The notes beneath the pieces are model-generated. The model had not been told where the DNA came from, ran no database searches, and was given only the letters and a program-made list of their open reading frames with translations. A stretch of 64,000 nt of DNA, from positions 8,601-72,600 of the forward strand of contig JBBRLX010000018.1 in NCBI GenBank assembly GCA_038231135.1, read 5' to 3'. Each line of letters begins with the position of its first letter. Positions within the stretch are counted from its first letter, which is position 1. Positions 34,036-44,520 of the stretch are shown here, in pieces. The position numbers and the translations under genes are program-made. The stretch is from Candidatus Eiseniibacteriota bacterium. Its GTDB lineage: Bacteria > Eisenbacteria > RBG-16-71-46.

Positions 34036-35256
34036 TCATCGACCGGGACGTGCTCGTGATGGGACGCCACCCGTTTCGCACGGTATTGCGACTTCGACAC
34101 GGATCGTATCGCGGCGTTCATCCGTAACGTCGAACCAGCGCTCCACATCACGACCCGGAAGCAGATGCACCTTCAGTCGCTGCCGCCCCGCGGCCAGCTC
34201 ATCGAATCGGAACCGGCCCAGCGAGTCCGTCGTCGTTCGTGAAGCTCCCACGGAGAGCGGGATGTTTGCGAGGGCAGCGCCCGACCCTCGGGCCACGACT
34301 CTGCCGGTGAGTTCCGCCAAATATGGATTCGATTGCCGCCGGACGCTTTCGCTCACGAGCGCATGGAACTCGGACAGCTTCATGCCGCGGGCGTACGGAG
34401 CGCAGAACACGCGACCCTGAAACACGATGCCATAGCCGCCCGAAATGGGACTGAACGTAACCGATGGAGTGGTATCGGTCCGGTTGGGTTGCAGAAAATA
34501 GATCGTCTCGGCGCCGATGACGAGCGGTGTCGCGCGGGGGTAGGGCACGCTCCACGATGTATCACTCACCATTGGTCCCACGGCGCGAATCGGGAGGCGA
34601 GTCCACTCAGGTCCGGAAGACTTCCAGGATTCGCGAGGGGCGAGATCGATCTCGGTGGACGGGTTCACAGCACTGTCCGGAGTCGCGGGATCACGACTTT
34701 GGACGGTTTGCATGGCCGCGATCGATCCGTGGACGATTGCCACTGAATTGAACACCGCCTGCTCGAAAACCGAGTCCCCGTATCGTCCTTCCCCGGTGAC
34801 GGTGATGTCCATGCAGGTGGTGTCGCTCATGGCGGCGGCGTCAGCTGGCAAGATGCGCACAGCTATGAGCTGTCCGCCGTCAGAACTGTTGGAGCTGAAC
34901 CATCGAAACGCGCTGGTGGCCATGACGGAGTCCACGGTGCTGAACCGTGCGCTCGCCACTACCCAGCCGTGATGGCGAATCCACATGCGCCGGTCATCGG
35001 CGGGAACCCCGGCCCGCAACTCGAAGAACTCCTGACCTGCCCGTGACGGCAAGGGGATCACGTCGCCGGCGCTGACGGTGACGGTGGTGTCGGAGTCCTG
35101 GCGACGACTCACGCTGATCTTGCTGACCCAGTCGATGACATGAACCTGGAGTACGAAGTGCGGCGCCGGAGCTCGTGAACCGCCGCATATCAGAACCAGG
35201 CAAAGCGGGCCCAGCAGCCACAGCCCAGATGACGCAAGCCTGCCGCGTCCGGGCAC
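34036..35256 (-). CDS. Secreted hypothetical protein with C-terminal carboxypeptidase-regulatory-like domain
   Basis: ORF 34036..35427 overlaps metG upstream, so it is trimmed to in-frame GTG 35256, 5 nt after the metG stop. The leader is PGRGRLASSGLWLLGPLCLVLICGG. The C-terminus LTGRVVARGSGAALANIPLSVGASRTTTDSLGRFRFDELAAGRQRLKV is CarboxypepD_reg-like. GC is locally low: 30/60 at 34441-34500. Confidence 0.55.
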   Translation of the reverse strand: MPGRGRLASSGLWLLGPLCLVLICGGSRAPAPHFVLQVHVIDWVSKISVSRRQDSDTTVTVSAGDVIPLPSRAGQEFFELRAGVPADDRRMWIRHHGWVVASARFSTVDSVMATSAFRWFSSNSSDGGQLIAVRILPADAAAMSDTTCMDITVTGEGRYGDSVFEQAVFNSVAIVHGSIAAMQTVQSRDPATPDSAVNPSTEIDLAPRESWKSSGPEWTRLPIRAVGPMVSDTSWSVPYPRATPLVIGAETIYFLQPNRTDTTPSVTFSPISGGYGIVFQGRVFCAPYARGMKLSEFHALVSESVRRQSNPYLAELTGRVVARGSGAALANIPLSVGASRTTTDSLGRFRFDELAAGRQRLKVHLLPGRDVERWFDVTDERRDTIRVEVAIPCETGGVPSRARPGR

Positions 35257-35260
35257 GCCC

Positions 35261-36994
35261 CTATTCCGCCGTCGCCGAATCCGTCTGCAGCTCGATCCGT
35301 GGGAACAGGATGGTGCCTTCGCCCAGCTTGCGGCCGGCGAGCGCGGGGTCGCCGAACCGCGGCGAAGCCGCCTCGCCCCGCAGTTCACCCGGCTTGCCAG
35401 GCAGGTTGAGCGTCGCCCACAGCTCATCGCTCTTGCCGGGGATCACGGGCCACGACCAGACTGCCACGAGGCGCAGCGTCTCCAGCAGCGCGCTCAGCGC
35501 GGTTGCGAGCTCGACGCGGCGCTCGGGATCCTTCGCCAGCACCCACGGCTTCACCCTCTCGATCAACTCGTTCGCCCGCACCACCGGCTGCCACGCGATG
35601 TCGAGTGCCTCGTGGAGCCTAAGGTCGTGGAACGCCTTGGGCACGCCGGTGTGCGCCTCGCGGGCGGACATGATCAGCGCCTCGAGCGCTTCGCGCGCCG
35701 GTTCTTCGCGCAGCGTGGTCGGCCCCCACTCGGCCGGCACCTCGCCGCCGAAATACTTCTGCACCATCGCGACCGTGCGGCTCGCGAGGTTGCCGAGGTC
35801 GTTCGCGAGATGCGTGTTGCAGTGCTCGACGAACTGCTCGTAGGTGAACTCGCCGTCGCGCCCGGTGGGCACGGCGTGAATCAGGTAGAACCTCAGCGCG
35901 TCGGGCCCGCCGAGCTTCGACAGCTCGATCGGATCGAGCGCATTGCCGAGCGACTTCGAAAGCTTCTCGCCCTTCATGTAGATGAAGCCGTGCACGTAGA
36001 CCTGGCGCGGCAGCGGCACGCCCGCGGCGAGCAGCAACGCGGGCCACAGCACGCAATGGAACCGGCTGATGTCCTTGCCGATCAGGTGCAGCGCGTTCGT
36101 GAACTGGGGCTGGGTCGTGCCCGCCCACGCGGCGCCGGGGCGGCCCTGGCCGTCGAGATGCTGGAACTCGTCCTGGCGAGCGGCGCCCGGCCCGCCGACC
36201 TCGGATTCCTTGGCGAGCCACCACAGCGAATACTTGCGCTCGGGCCAGCCGATCGCCGACAGGTAATTGAGCAGCGCGTCCGCCCACACGTACGCCGTAT
36301 GGCCGTGGCTGTCCGGGATCTCGTCGGGCAGCGGAATGCCCCACGGCACATGGGGCCGGGTGACGCTCACGTCCTGCAGCCCCTCGCGGATCACGTTCAT
36401 CACTTCGTTGCGGCGATAGTCGGGCTGGATGAAATCGGGGTGCGCTTCGAGGTGCTTGAGCAGCGCTTCGTCGTATTCGGACAGGCGGAAGAAGAAGTTG
36501 GTCTCGCGGATCTTGCGCGGTGGTTTCTTGTGCTCGAGACAGCGGCCCTTCTCGTCGAGATCCTTGTCCTGCTTGAACGCCTCGCAGCCGTCGCAATACA
36601 GGCCCTCGTAGACACCCTCGTACAGCACCGCATCGCCGGTCTTCGGGCTGCGCGCGTCCCACAGCCGCCGGAACAACTCCTGCACCGCCAGCGTGTGCCG
36701 CTGATCGGACGTGCGGATGAATTTGTCGTACGACACGCCGAGCACTTGCCAGGCGGCTTTGAAGTGCTCGGCCATGGCGTCGACGAATCTCTGCGGTTCG
36801 AGCTGCGCCGCCTCGGCGGCCTGGGCGATTTTGTGACCGTGCTCGTCGGTGCCGGTCAGGAAGAACGTGGCGTCACCCTGCTGGCGATGGAACCGCGCGA
36901 GCGTGTCGGCCACGACCTTCTCGTAGGCGTGCCCGACGTGGGGCTTGCCGTTGACGTAGTCGATCGCGGTCGTGATGTAGAAACGGTTGGGCAC
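35261..36994 (-). CDS. metG: Methionine--tRNA ligase
   Basis: MPNRFYITTAIDYVNGKPHVGHAYEKV (HIGH-type motif), a CDGCEAF...RCLEH zinc knuckle, VWADALLNYL, IGKDISRFH, and KLSKSLGN (KMSKS). Confidence 0.95.
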   Translation of the reverse strand: MPNRFYITTAIDYVNGKPHVGHAYEKVVADTLARFHRQQGDATFFLTGTDEHGHKIAQAAEAAQLEPQRFVDAMAEHFKAAWQVLGVSYDKFIRTSDQRHTLAVQELFRRLWDARSPKTGDAVLYEGVYEGLYCDGCEAFKQDKDLDEKGRCLEHKKPPRKIRETNFFFRLSEYDEALLKHLEAHPDFIQPDYRRNEVMNVIREGLQDVSVTRPHVPWGIPLPDEIPDSHGHTAYVWADALLNYLSAIGWPERKYSLWWLAKESEVGGPGAARQDEFQHLDGQGRPGAAWAGTTQPQFTNALHLIGKDISRFHCVLWPALLLAAGVPLPRQVYVHGFIYMKGEKLSKSLGNALDPIELSKLGGPDALRFYLIHAVPTGRDGEFTYEQFVEHCNTHLANDLGNLASRTVAMVQKYFGGEVPAEWGPTTLREEPAREALEALIMSAREAHTGVPKAFHDLRLHEALDIAWQPVVRANELIERVKPWVLAKDPERRVELATALSALLETLRLVAVWSWPVIPGKSDELWATLNLPGKPGELRGEAASPRFGDPALAGRKLGEGTILFPRIELQTDSATAE

Positions 36995-37250
36995 GGTGGG
37001 GTCCCGGGAAAGAGTCGAAGTTCAGTCGAGCCGAGTGTGCGGGCCGAACGTCCCGGCAGAGAGGTGCGGCGCCCCCGCGGGGGCCGCCAGGGCCGGAACC
37101 AATTGGATGCGGGAGCTGCCCAATACGATCGAAGCGCGGCCAAGACCTGTATTCATAGGGGGATCGAGTATACGGTCGGGTGGCCCGGCGACTCAACGAG
37201 GGCCGAAATGCATGGGCGGCCGTGGCTTGCGGGCGTATTATTGACGAACC

Positions 37251-39332
37251 ATGCGATGGCAGCGGAGCGCACTGGCGGCGGTACTCGTGAGCCTGGCGGG
37301 GATTGGGCCGGCTGGCCGGTCGCATGCGGCCGTTTCGGAAGCCCGGGTGTTCGGTGTCTGGTATCCCCTCGAATCCCATTCACCGGTGGCGCGGCCCGGA
37401 GACTCGTTCGTCACGATCGGTGACTCGTTGCGGGACAGGATTCTCCTGTTCGGATTCCCACACGACACCGCGCAGGTGGTGAACGTCTGGACCTGGGACC
37501 TAGGGCGCGATGATGGCTGGCGACCGCTCGACGTCGGGGGCGATGCGCCCAGGCTCCAACTCGTTTCCCCCGTGAGCTACGACTCGCGAGCGGATCGCAT
37601 CCTCCTGCTGTGCTGGCGTGATCCCGGCCACACGATCGAGGAGCTGTGGTCGCTGGGGCTCGCTGGGGCGCCGCACTGGGCACGCTTGCAGGACGGACCG
37701 GGACCTACGCGCTTCCTTGAATCGCCGCAAACCATATTCGATCCGCATGGGAACCGTCTGGTCGCGTTCTATCCATATTCGGCCACATTGTGGGATCTCG
37801 ATTTCGATGGCGCGAGCTCCTGGCGACAGATCCCGGTATCCGCCAGCATCGGAAACACGGAGGTCAGCACTGCCGTGCTCGACCCCGCCACCGGGGAGAT
37901 GGTCCTGCCAGGAATCGAATATTATCGGGACGGATATGTCCAGGACCGGGTCGTCCTGCGGCTGAACTTCAGCGATGCGAATGTTGCTTCCCTGATCCGC
38001 GTCGTCCCCGCAGGTCCCGAAGACCTCAAGGGCTCGGGGGTGGCCCAGGTCTACGACCCGCGCCGGCATCGCATCGTCAATGCGCCGGGCGCCGGCTTCT
38101 GGCCGACCCTGGCGATCGACGAACCGCGGTGGAAGAGCAACGCCACCGCAAACATCCCCTTTGAACCGGCCATTGTTTCCATGGCCGTGGATGTCCTCAG
38201 GGACCGCATTTTCGCGATCTCATCGGCGCAGACTTATGCGATGCAGCTAAGCGCCGGCGGTGACGCGCCGTTCGCGGAGGAGATCCGGGCCGACCCGGCG
38301 TGGGACGGTCCGAAGTTGCGATGGCGTGTGGGTGGGGCCGTCGAGTTCGCACGGGCAGAACGGCGCGAGGTCGGAGGTGATTGGCTGCCATTGGGTCCGG
38401 CGACGGGCGCCCTGCCCTTTCTGGAATTCGTCGACCAACGGTTCGACGCGAACCTTTTGTACGCATATCGCCTCGTGGGCGGTGGCGGTGGCAACGGGTT
38501 CACGAGCGACACCGTGGGCGTGTTCGTCCCGCTGGATGGGTTCCGGATTCATGCGGCCGGGGCGCGCGCCGACGGCGACTCGGTTCGGGTGGCGTGGGAC
38601 GCCCCCTTCGGAGTTCGCGGCCTCAGCCTCCAGCGCCGCGAAGACGGGCACCCCTGGACGGAGATTCGCAAGGTGGATCTTCCGGTTGGCGAGACGCTTC
38701 GGATCGCCGACGGCGGCCTCGTGGCGGGCGGGACCTATTCCTATCAGCTATGGTTCGATGAACACGGATATGCGAGCCAGAGTGTGGTTGTCCCCGGTCC
38801 ATCGGTCCTGTCCGCCACCGCGACGGGGCTCTACGATCACGCAGAGGTAGCGTGGCGGCTCGGTGCCCGGGTCGAGCGGGCCATCCTCGAGCGCCGCGAC
38901 GCGGTTGTGGACTGGCGCGCGATCGAGGCCCGTGGCACGAGCGCGACCGGAGAGATTCATTTCGACGATCGAACCGTGGCGCCGGGCATGAGCTACCGCT
39001 ACCGGCTCGGTATTCCGGTGGGAGATTCCCTTGCCTACACGGCCGAACTCGAAGTCCGCATCCCGGCGGCGGTCCCGCTGGCGATTCAGGGCACTTGGAA
39101 CGCCGCGTCCGGCGGGCTCCAGGTACGTCTCGCATCTCCGGGTGCGGCCCTTATCCGCCTCGAAGTGTTCGACGTGACCGGTTCGCGGCTATGGGGTGGA
39201 TCGGTGGCGCCCGGCTTCGGAGTTCACGTCGTGCCGCTCTCTGGAACCGGGGCGCTCCGCTCCGGGCTGTATTTCGTGCGGGCGACGCTCGGAACGGCGC
39301 GAGCGACCGGCAAGGTCGTGGCGACGCGATAG
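37251..39332 (+). CDS. Large secreted protein: beta-propeller-like N-terminal region, three Fn3-like modules, FlgD/T9SS-type Ig-like C-terminal domain
   Basis: 693 aa with signal peptide MRWQRSALAAVLVSLAGIGPAGRSHA. Repeated blades of the form ...RILLFG...W.WDL... and ...RLVAFYP...LWDLD.... Three modules of about 90 aa each end in ...Y.YRL/YQL. The C-terminus is LIRLEVFDVTGSRLW...GLYFVRATLGTARATGKVVATR. GC is 33/60 at 37741-37800. Confidence 0.75.
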   Translation: MRWQRSALAAVLVSLAGIGPAGRSHAAVSEARVFGVWYPLESHSPVARPGDSFVTIGDSLRDRILLFGFPHDTAQVVNVWTWDLGRDDGWRPLDVGGDAPRLQLVSPVSYDSRADRILLLCWRDPGHTIEELWSLGLAGAPHWARLQDGPGPTRFLESPQTIFDPHGNRLVAFYPYSATLWDLDFDGASSWRQIPVSASIGNTEVSTAVLDPATGEMVLPGIEYYRDGYVQDRVVLRLNFSDANVASLIRVVPAGPEDLKGSGVAQVYDPRRHRIVNAPGAGFWPTLAIDEPRWKSNATANIPFEPAIVSMAVDVLRDRIFAISSAQTYAMQLSAGGDAPFAEEIRADPAWDGPKLRWRVGGAVEFARAERREVGGDWLPLGPATGALPFLEFVDQRFDANLLYAYRLVGGGGGNGFTSDTVGVFVPLDGFRIHAAGARADGDSVRVAWDAPFGVRGLSLQRREDGHPWTEIRKVDLPVGETLRIADGGLVAGGTYSYQLWFDEHGYASQSVVVPGPSVLSATATGLYDHAEVAWRLGARVERAILERRDAVVDWRAIEARGTSATGEIHFDDRTVAPGMSYRYRLGIPVGDSLAYTAELEVRIPAAVPLAIQGTWNAASGGLQVRLASPGAALIRLEVFDVTGSRLWGGSVAPGFGVHVVPLSGTGALRSGLYFVRATLGTARATGKVVATR

Positions 39333-39345
39333 CGCCCGCCGCGGC

Positions 39346-39370
39346 GAACACAACCTTGTGATACTCGCGT
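39346..39370 (+). promoter_or_regulatory. Possible ECF-type promoter (GAAC-N18-CGT) upstream of the ECF sigma gene
   Basis: GAAC at 39346-39349 and CGT at 39368-39370, about 25 nt upstream of the sigma start. A TTGTGA-N19-TACAAT sigma70-like alternative also exists at 39356-39386. Both are weak matches. Confidence 0.2.
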
Positions 39371-39394
39371 CCCCCATCCGTACAATGCTTCGAC

Positions 39395-39949
39395 ATGGCC
39401 AGTGAAGCGGTGATCGGCAGACGGACGAGCTGGCTGTCGCCCGCGCGCGAGGCGGATTGGGACGCGCTCTACGCGGAGCAGTTGCCGCGCGTCTACAACT
39501 TCTTCCGCTACCGGGTGGGTCCGGGTCCGGTTGCCGAGGATCTGACGTCGGCCACGTTCGAGAAGGCCTGGCAGGCGCGGCATCGATACCGCAGCGACCT
39601 CGCGGCGTTTTCTACGTGGCTCGTGACCATCGCGCGCAACGTGGCGACGGATCACTTCCGCAGCCGGCGGCATCACGTGCCTCTGGACGAGGCGCGGGAT
39701 ATCGCGGGTGGCGCGACGCCGGAGGAGCTGGCGGAGCACCGGTCGAATGTCGAGCGGCTCGGGCGGCTGCTGGGCGGCCTGCCGGAACGCGAGCGCGAGC
39801 TGATCGCGCTCAAGTACGGCGCCGGGATGACCAACCGCTCGATCGCGAAATTGACCGGGCTCGGTGAATCGAACGTCGGGACGATATTGCACCGCACGAT
39901 CGAAGCGCTGCGCGCCGGCTGGGAGACTCCCGCGGTGGAGGCCCCATGA
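39395..39949 (+). CDS. ECF (sigma-70 family) RNA polymerase sigma factor
   Basis: Region 2: ...LYAEQLPRVYNFFRYRVGPGPVAEDLTSATFEKAW...FSTWLVTIARNVATDHFR. Region 4: LPERERELIALKYGAGMTNRSIAKLTGLGESNVGTILHRTIEALR. Confidence 0.9.
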   Translation: MASEAVIGRRTSWLSPAREADWDALYAEQLPRVYNFFRYRVGPGPVAEDLTSATFEKAWQARHRYRSDLAAFSTWLVTIARNVATDHFRSRRHHVPLDEARDIAGGATPEELAEHRSNVERLGRLLGGLPERERELIALKYGAGMTNRSIAKLTGLGESNVGTILHRTIEALRAGWETPAVEAP

Positions 39950-40036
39950 TCGAGGCACGCCGCGAGTCACAGGCAGGGGCCGAACGCAACGACACATCCA
40001 GGCGCACACCGCGCCCTCGAACCCAGGGAGCATGAT

Positions 40037-41077
40037 ATGGACGATCGGTTTCTGAACGAGCTGCAGCAGGCTCCCGACCCGGCGTTCGAGTCGGAGCTGG
40101 GTGCGCGGCTGCGCCGGCAGGCGCCGGCCCCGCTACGCGCGGCGTTTCCGTGGCGGCCGGCGGTGGCCGTCGCCGCGGTGGCGGCGGTGGTGGTGTCGCT
40201 GTTCGCGTTCCCGTCGCTGCGCGTGTCGGCGCAGTCGATGCTCGACATGTTCCGGGTGCGGAACTTCGCGGCCGTGAAGTTCGACCCGTCGCGGCTCCAG
40301 AAGCTGCACGGGCAGGGGCAGAACGACGGGCTCCTGATGCTGGGCAAGACCGAGACGCTGCAGGAGCCGGGCAAGCCGCTGACGGTGTCGACGCCGGATG
40401 CCGCGGGTGCGATCGCGGGCATCGACGTCGAGACCCCGTCGGAGCTGCCGCGGAACCTGGTGCTGCAGCACATTACGGTCGACGGCGCGGCGGCGGGCCG
40501 GCTCACCGCGGACGCGACGAAGCTGCGCGCGCTGCTCGAAGCGCTCGACATCCGCGACCTCGACGTGCCGCAATCGATCGACGGCAAGACCATCACGGTG
40601 CGCAAGCCCGCGGTCGTCGTGCAGTCGTTCGGCAGCGACCACCGGCACGCGGTGCTGATCCAGGCGAAGTCACCGGACGTGGAGCTGCCGGCGGGGGTCG
40701 ATCTCAACCGTCTCGCGGAGATCGGCATGCGCATCCTCGGCGTCGAGCGCGGCCAGGCGCACCAGCTCGCGCAGACGGTGGACTGGCACACGACGCTGCT
40801 GGTGCCGGTGCCGCCCAACGCCAGCTCGTTCCGCAGCATCGAGGTGAACGGCAATCACGGCCTGCTGATCACCACGCAGGGAGACTTCGCCTGGGAGCAC
40901 GAGCGCACGAGCGGGCCGAACGCGTCCGGCGGTAGTTCCTCACCGACGCCGACGCAGGCAGCGGGCCCGCCACGCGACGGCGCGCTGGTGCTATGGTCCG
41001 GGAATGACCGCGTGTATGCGCTGATGGGCGACCTCGAGGGAGTGGAACTGGTGCAGATGGCCGAGTCGGTGCGCTGA
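40037..41077 (+). CDS. Putative anti-sigma factor (single TM, DUF4367-like extracytoplasmic domain)
   Basis: 346 aa. A short cytoplasmic N-terminus, the TM AVAVAAVAAVVVSLFAF, and an extracytoplasmic domain ending ...LVLWSGNDRVYALMGDLEGVELVQMAESVR. This is the pattern seen in DUF4367-type anti-sigma proteins. It lies directly after the ECF sigma gene. Confidence 0.6.
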   Translation: MDDRFLNELQQAPDPAFESELGARLRRQAPAPLRAAFPWRPAVAVAAVAAVVVSLFAFPSLRVSAQSMLDMFRVRNFAAVKFDPSRLQKLHGQGQNDGLLMLGKTETLQEPGKPLTVSTPDAAGAIAGIDVETPSELPRNLVLQHITVDGAAAGRLTADATKLRALLEALDIRDLDVPQSIDGKTITVRKPAVVVQSFGSDHRHAVLIQAKSPDVELPAGVDLNRLAEIGMRILGVERGQAHQLAQTVDWHTTLLVPVPPNASSFRSIEVNGNHGLLITTQGDFAWEHERTSGPNASGGSSSPTPTQAAGPPRDGALVLWSGNDRVYALMGDLEGVELVQMAESVR

Positions 41078-41084
41078 CGGGTTC

Positions 41085-42001
<917 letters not shown>

Positions 42002-42002
<1 letters not shown>

Positions 42003-42835
42003 TGCGCGGCATTTTCACGATTGCCGGCCTCACGCTGCACGAGGCGGTGCGCCGGCGCATCCTGACCGCGACGCTGGTGTGCGGCAGCGCGTTCCTGCTG
42101 CTCTACGGCATCGGCGTGCATTTCATCGCGCGCGACATGATCCGCCACGGCGCCGCGCTCATTCAGCAGAAGATGTTCCTGACGTTCATCACGCTCGCCG
42201 GCCTCTACGCCGTGAATTTCCTCACCGTGATGACGTCGGTGCTGCTGCCGGTGGACTCGCTGTCCGGCGAGATCGCGTCGGGCGTCATGCAGACCGTGGC
42301 CTCGAAGCCGATTCGCCGCGGCGAGATCGTGCTGGGCAAGTGGCTCGCCCACGTGCTGCTGGTCGCCGGCTACCTCGCGCTGATGGCCGGCGGCGTGCTG
42401 GTGATCGCGCACTGGATCGGCCACATCACGCCGCCGCGCATATACCTCGGGCTGCCGCTGATGCTGCTCGAGGGCGTGGTGCTCGTGACGCTGTCGATCC
42501 TCGGCGGCACGCGGCTCAGCACGGTGACGAACGGAGTGTTCGTGTTTGGCCTCTACGGCCTCGCGTTCATCGGCAGCTGGGTGGAGCAGATCGGCACCAG
42601 GGCCGGCAACGATACCGCGCGTACCGTGGGCACGATCGCGAGCCTGATCATGCCGACCGAGGCGATGTGGCAGCTCGCCGCGCATCACATGCAGCCGACG
42701 GTGATGCGCGACCTGGGCGTCTCGCCGTTCTCGCCGGTGTCGGTGCCGAGCGTCGCGATGGTGATCTGGGCCGGCGCCTACGCGCTGGTGACGCTGCTGG
42801 TCGCGATCCGGTTGTTCTCGAAGCGCGGCCTCTAG
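42002..42835 (+). CDS. ABC-2/NosY-like transporter permease
   Basis: ORF 41960..42835 trimmed to ATG 42002, which forms a TGATG overlap with the ATPase stop. MRGIFTIAGLTLHEAVRRRIL..., followed by six predicted TMs. Confidence 0.75.
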
Positions 42836-42839
42836 CCGT

Positions 42840-43223
42840 TCAGCCGATGATCGCTTCCGCCTCGATCTCGACCCGCCAGCGCGGATCGAGCAGCCGCGCC
42901 ACCACCACCATCGTCGCCGCGGGACGCGTCTCGCCGAACACCTCGCCATGGGCGCGGCCCACGGCTTCGACGTCGTGCGCGTACACCAGGTACATGCGCG
43001 TGCGCACCACGTGCCCGGGGCCGGCGCCGGCCTCGCGCAGCGCCGCGACGATGATCTCGAGACACCGCCTGGCCTGCGCGTAGGGATCGGGATCGCAGTG
43101 GCCGTCGGGCCACACGGGTGCCGTGCCCGACACCAGCACGCGGTCGCCGACCCGCACCGCCCGGCTGAAGCCGATCTTGGGCTCGTACGGCGAGCCCGAG
43201 GACACGGTCTTGCGGTCGCTCAT
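42840..43223 (-). CDS. ridA: RidA/YjgF-family protein
   Basis: 127 aa. ...GFSRAVRVGDRVLVSGTAP...ARRCLEIIVAALREAGAGPGHVVRTRMYL...VEIEAEAII, the YjgF/RidA fold pattern. Confidence 0.85.
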   Translation of the reverse strand: MSDRKTVSSGSPYEPKIGFSRAVRVGDRVLVSGTAPVWPDGHCDPDPYAQARRCLEIIVAALREAGAGPGHVVRTRMYLVYAHDVEAVGRAHGEVFGETRPAATMVVVARLLDPRWRVEIEAEAIIG

Positions 43224-43236
43224 GAGCTCCTCATGA

Positions 43237-44142
43237 TCAGTGCACCGTGCCGTCGGGATCGGCCCACGCTACCGGCCCCTCGTCGCCATCGTCCTTCGGC
43301 GGCGGCTTCTTCTGCCCGCAATTGCAGTCCCCGCACTTGTGGTACGGACCGGGCGGCAGGTCGGCATAGGCGATGCGATGCTCGGCACCTTCGTTGTCGC
43401 GCACCCACACCACCTCCTGATACGTCTCGGTGCGAGTCACGTGGACGACGCCCTTGCCGGTGCGGATCTCGGTGCCCACCGGCGGCAGCTTCTCCGCGCT
43501 GCCGCGGTACTGCACCAACTCGTACGCCAGGCAGCACATCAGCCGACCGCACGCGCCCGAGATCTTGCCCGGGTTGAGCGACAGCTGCTGCTCGCGCGCC
43601 ATCTTGAGCGTGACCGGATGGAAGTCCTTGAGCCAGGTCGAGCAGCAGAACGCCCGCCCGCACGGGCCGCAGCCGTCGAGCCGCTTGGCCTGGTCGCGAA
43701 TGCCGATCTGGCGCAGCTCGATCCGGCACCGGTACCGGCCCGCCAGATCCTTCACCAGTTCGCGGAAATCGACGCGATGCTCGGCCGAGAAAAAGAAAAT
43801 GATCCGCTGGCCGCCAAACCCCACCTCGACCTCGGACAGGTCCATCTTCAGCTCGCGGAACTCGATCCGGTCGCGGCAGAATTCGAACGCGTCCTGCTCG
43901 CGGAGCCGGTTGTGATCGTCCTGATCGAGATCCTCTTCCGTCGCCTTGCGGATGATCTCGCGCGTCACGTGGCCCGGGCGCTTGAGCTCGACGAGCGAGC
44001 CCTTGAGATGGACCTTGCCGAGCGACTCGCCATGCTCACCCTGGACGATCACCGGGTCCCGCAACGTCAGCCACAGATTTCGGGAATTGAGAAAGAACTC
44101 CCTGCGCGAACCGCGCAGAGCGACCTGCACGATGTCGGACAT
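43237..44142 (-). CDS. ricT: PSP1-domain protein RicT/YaaT
   Basis: The PSP1 core has ...FFFSAEHRVDFRELVKDLAGRYRCRIELRQIGIRD...LDGCGPCGRAFCCSTWL...NPGKISGACGRLMCCLAYE. Confidence 0.85.
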   Translation of the reverse strand: MSDIVQVALRGSRREFFLNSRNLWLTLRDPVIVQGEHGESLGKVHLKGSLVELKRPGHVTREIIRKATEEDLDQDDHNRLREQDAFEFCRDRIEFRELKMDLSEVEVGFGGQRIIFFFSAEHRVDFRELVKDLAGRYRCRIELRQIGIRDQAKRLDGCGPCGRAFCCSTWLKDFHPVTLKMAREQQLSLNPGKISGACGRLMCCLAYELVQYRGSAEKLPPVGTEIRTGKGVVHVTRTETYQEVVWVRDNEGAEHRIAYADLPPGPYHKCGDCNCGQKKPPPKDDGDEGPVAWADPDGTVH

Positions 44143-44520
44143 CGCTGCCTCTATCGGGCGGAAGCCCGCCCCGTGAGCCGGCTAAGGAGCCGGAGGATTC
44201 GATAGGTCATGAATCCGGAGGCTCACGTCGTCGCGTTCCGTCCAGGCACGCCGCCGAGGCTCACCGCCGGCTATGGGCATCCCGCTCGAGAGCGGGCAGT
44301 CCGGGCAGCATAGCGCAGGAGCGGTTGGGGGAAGAATCGGGGTGGAATCGGGTGCTGCGCCCGGGTGGTCACTTCCGCTCGCTTGGGGACCTACGCAACA
44401 AGTCTTGTGCTTTCGGTCACCGTCCGGCACCTCCGCCGGCGTTACGCGTGGAATTGGAGGTGGCACCCCGCTAGAATCAGCTAGCGGTTCACATCCTCGC
44501 ACCACGCCCCGGAGGTAACG

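Noticed and set aside
35612-37423. 603-aa plus-strand ORF
   Set aside because: It is antisense to metG, which has the HIGH and KMSKS motifs on the minus strand.
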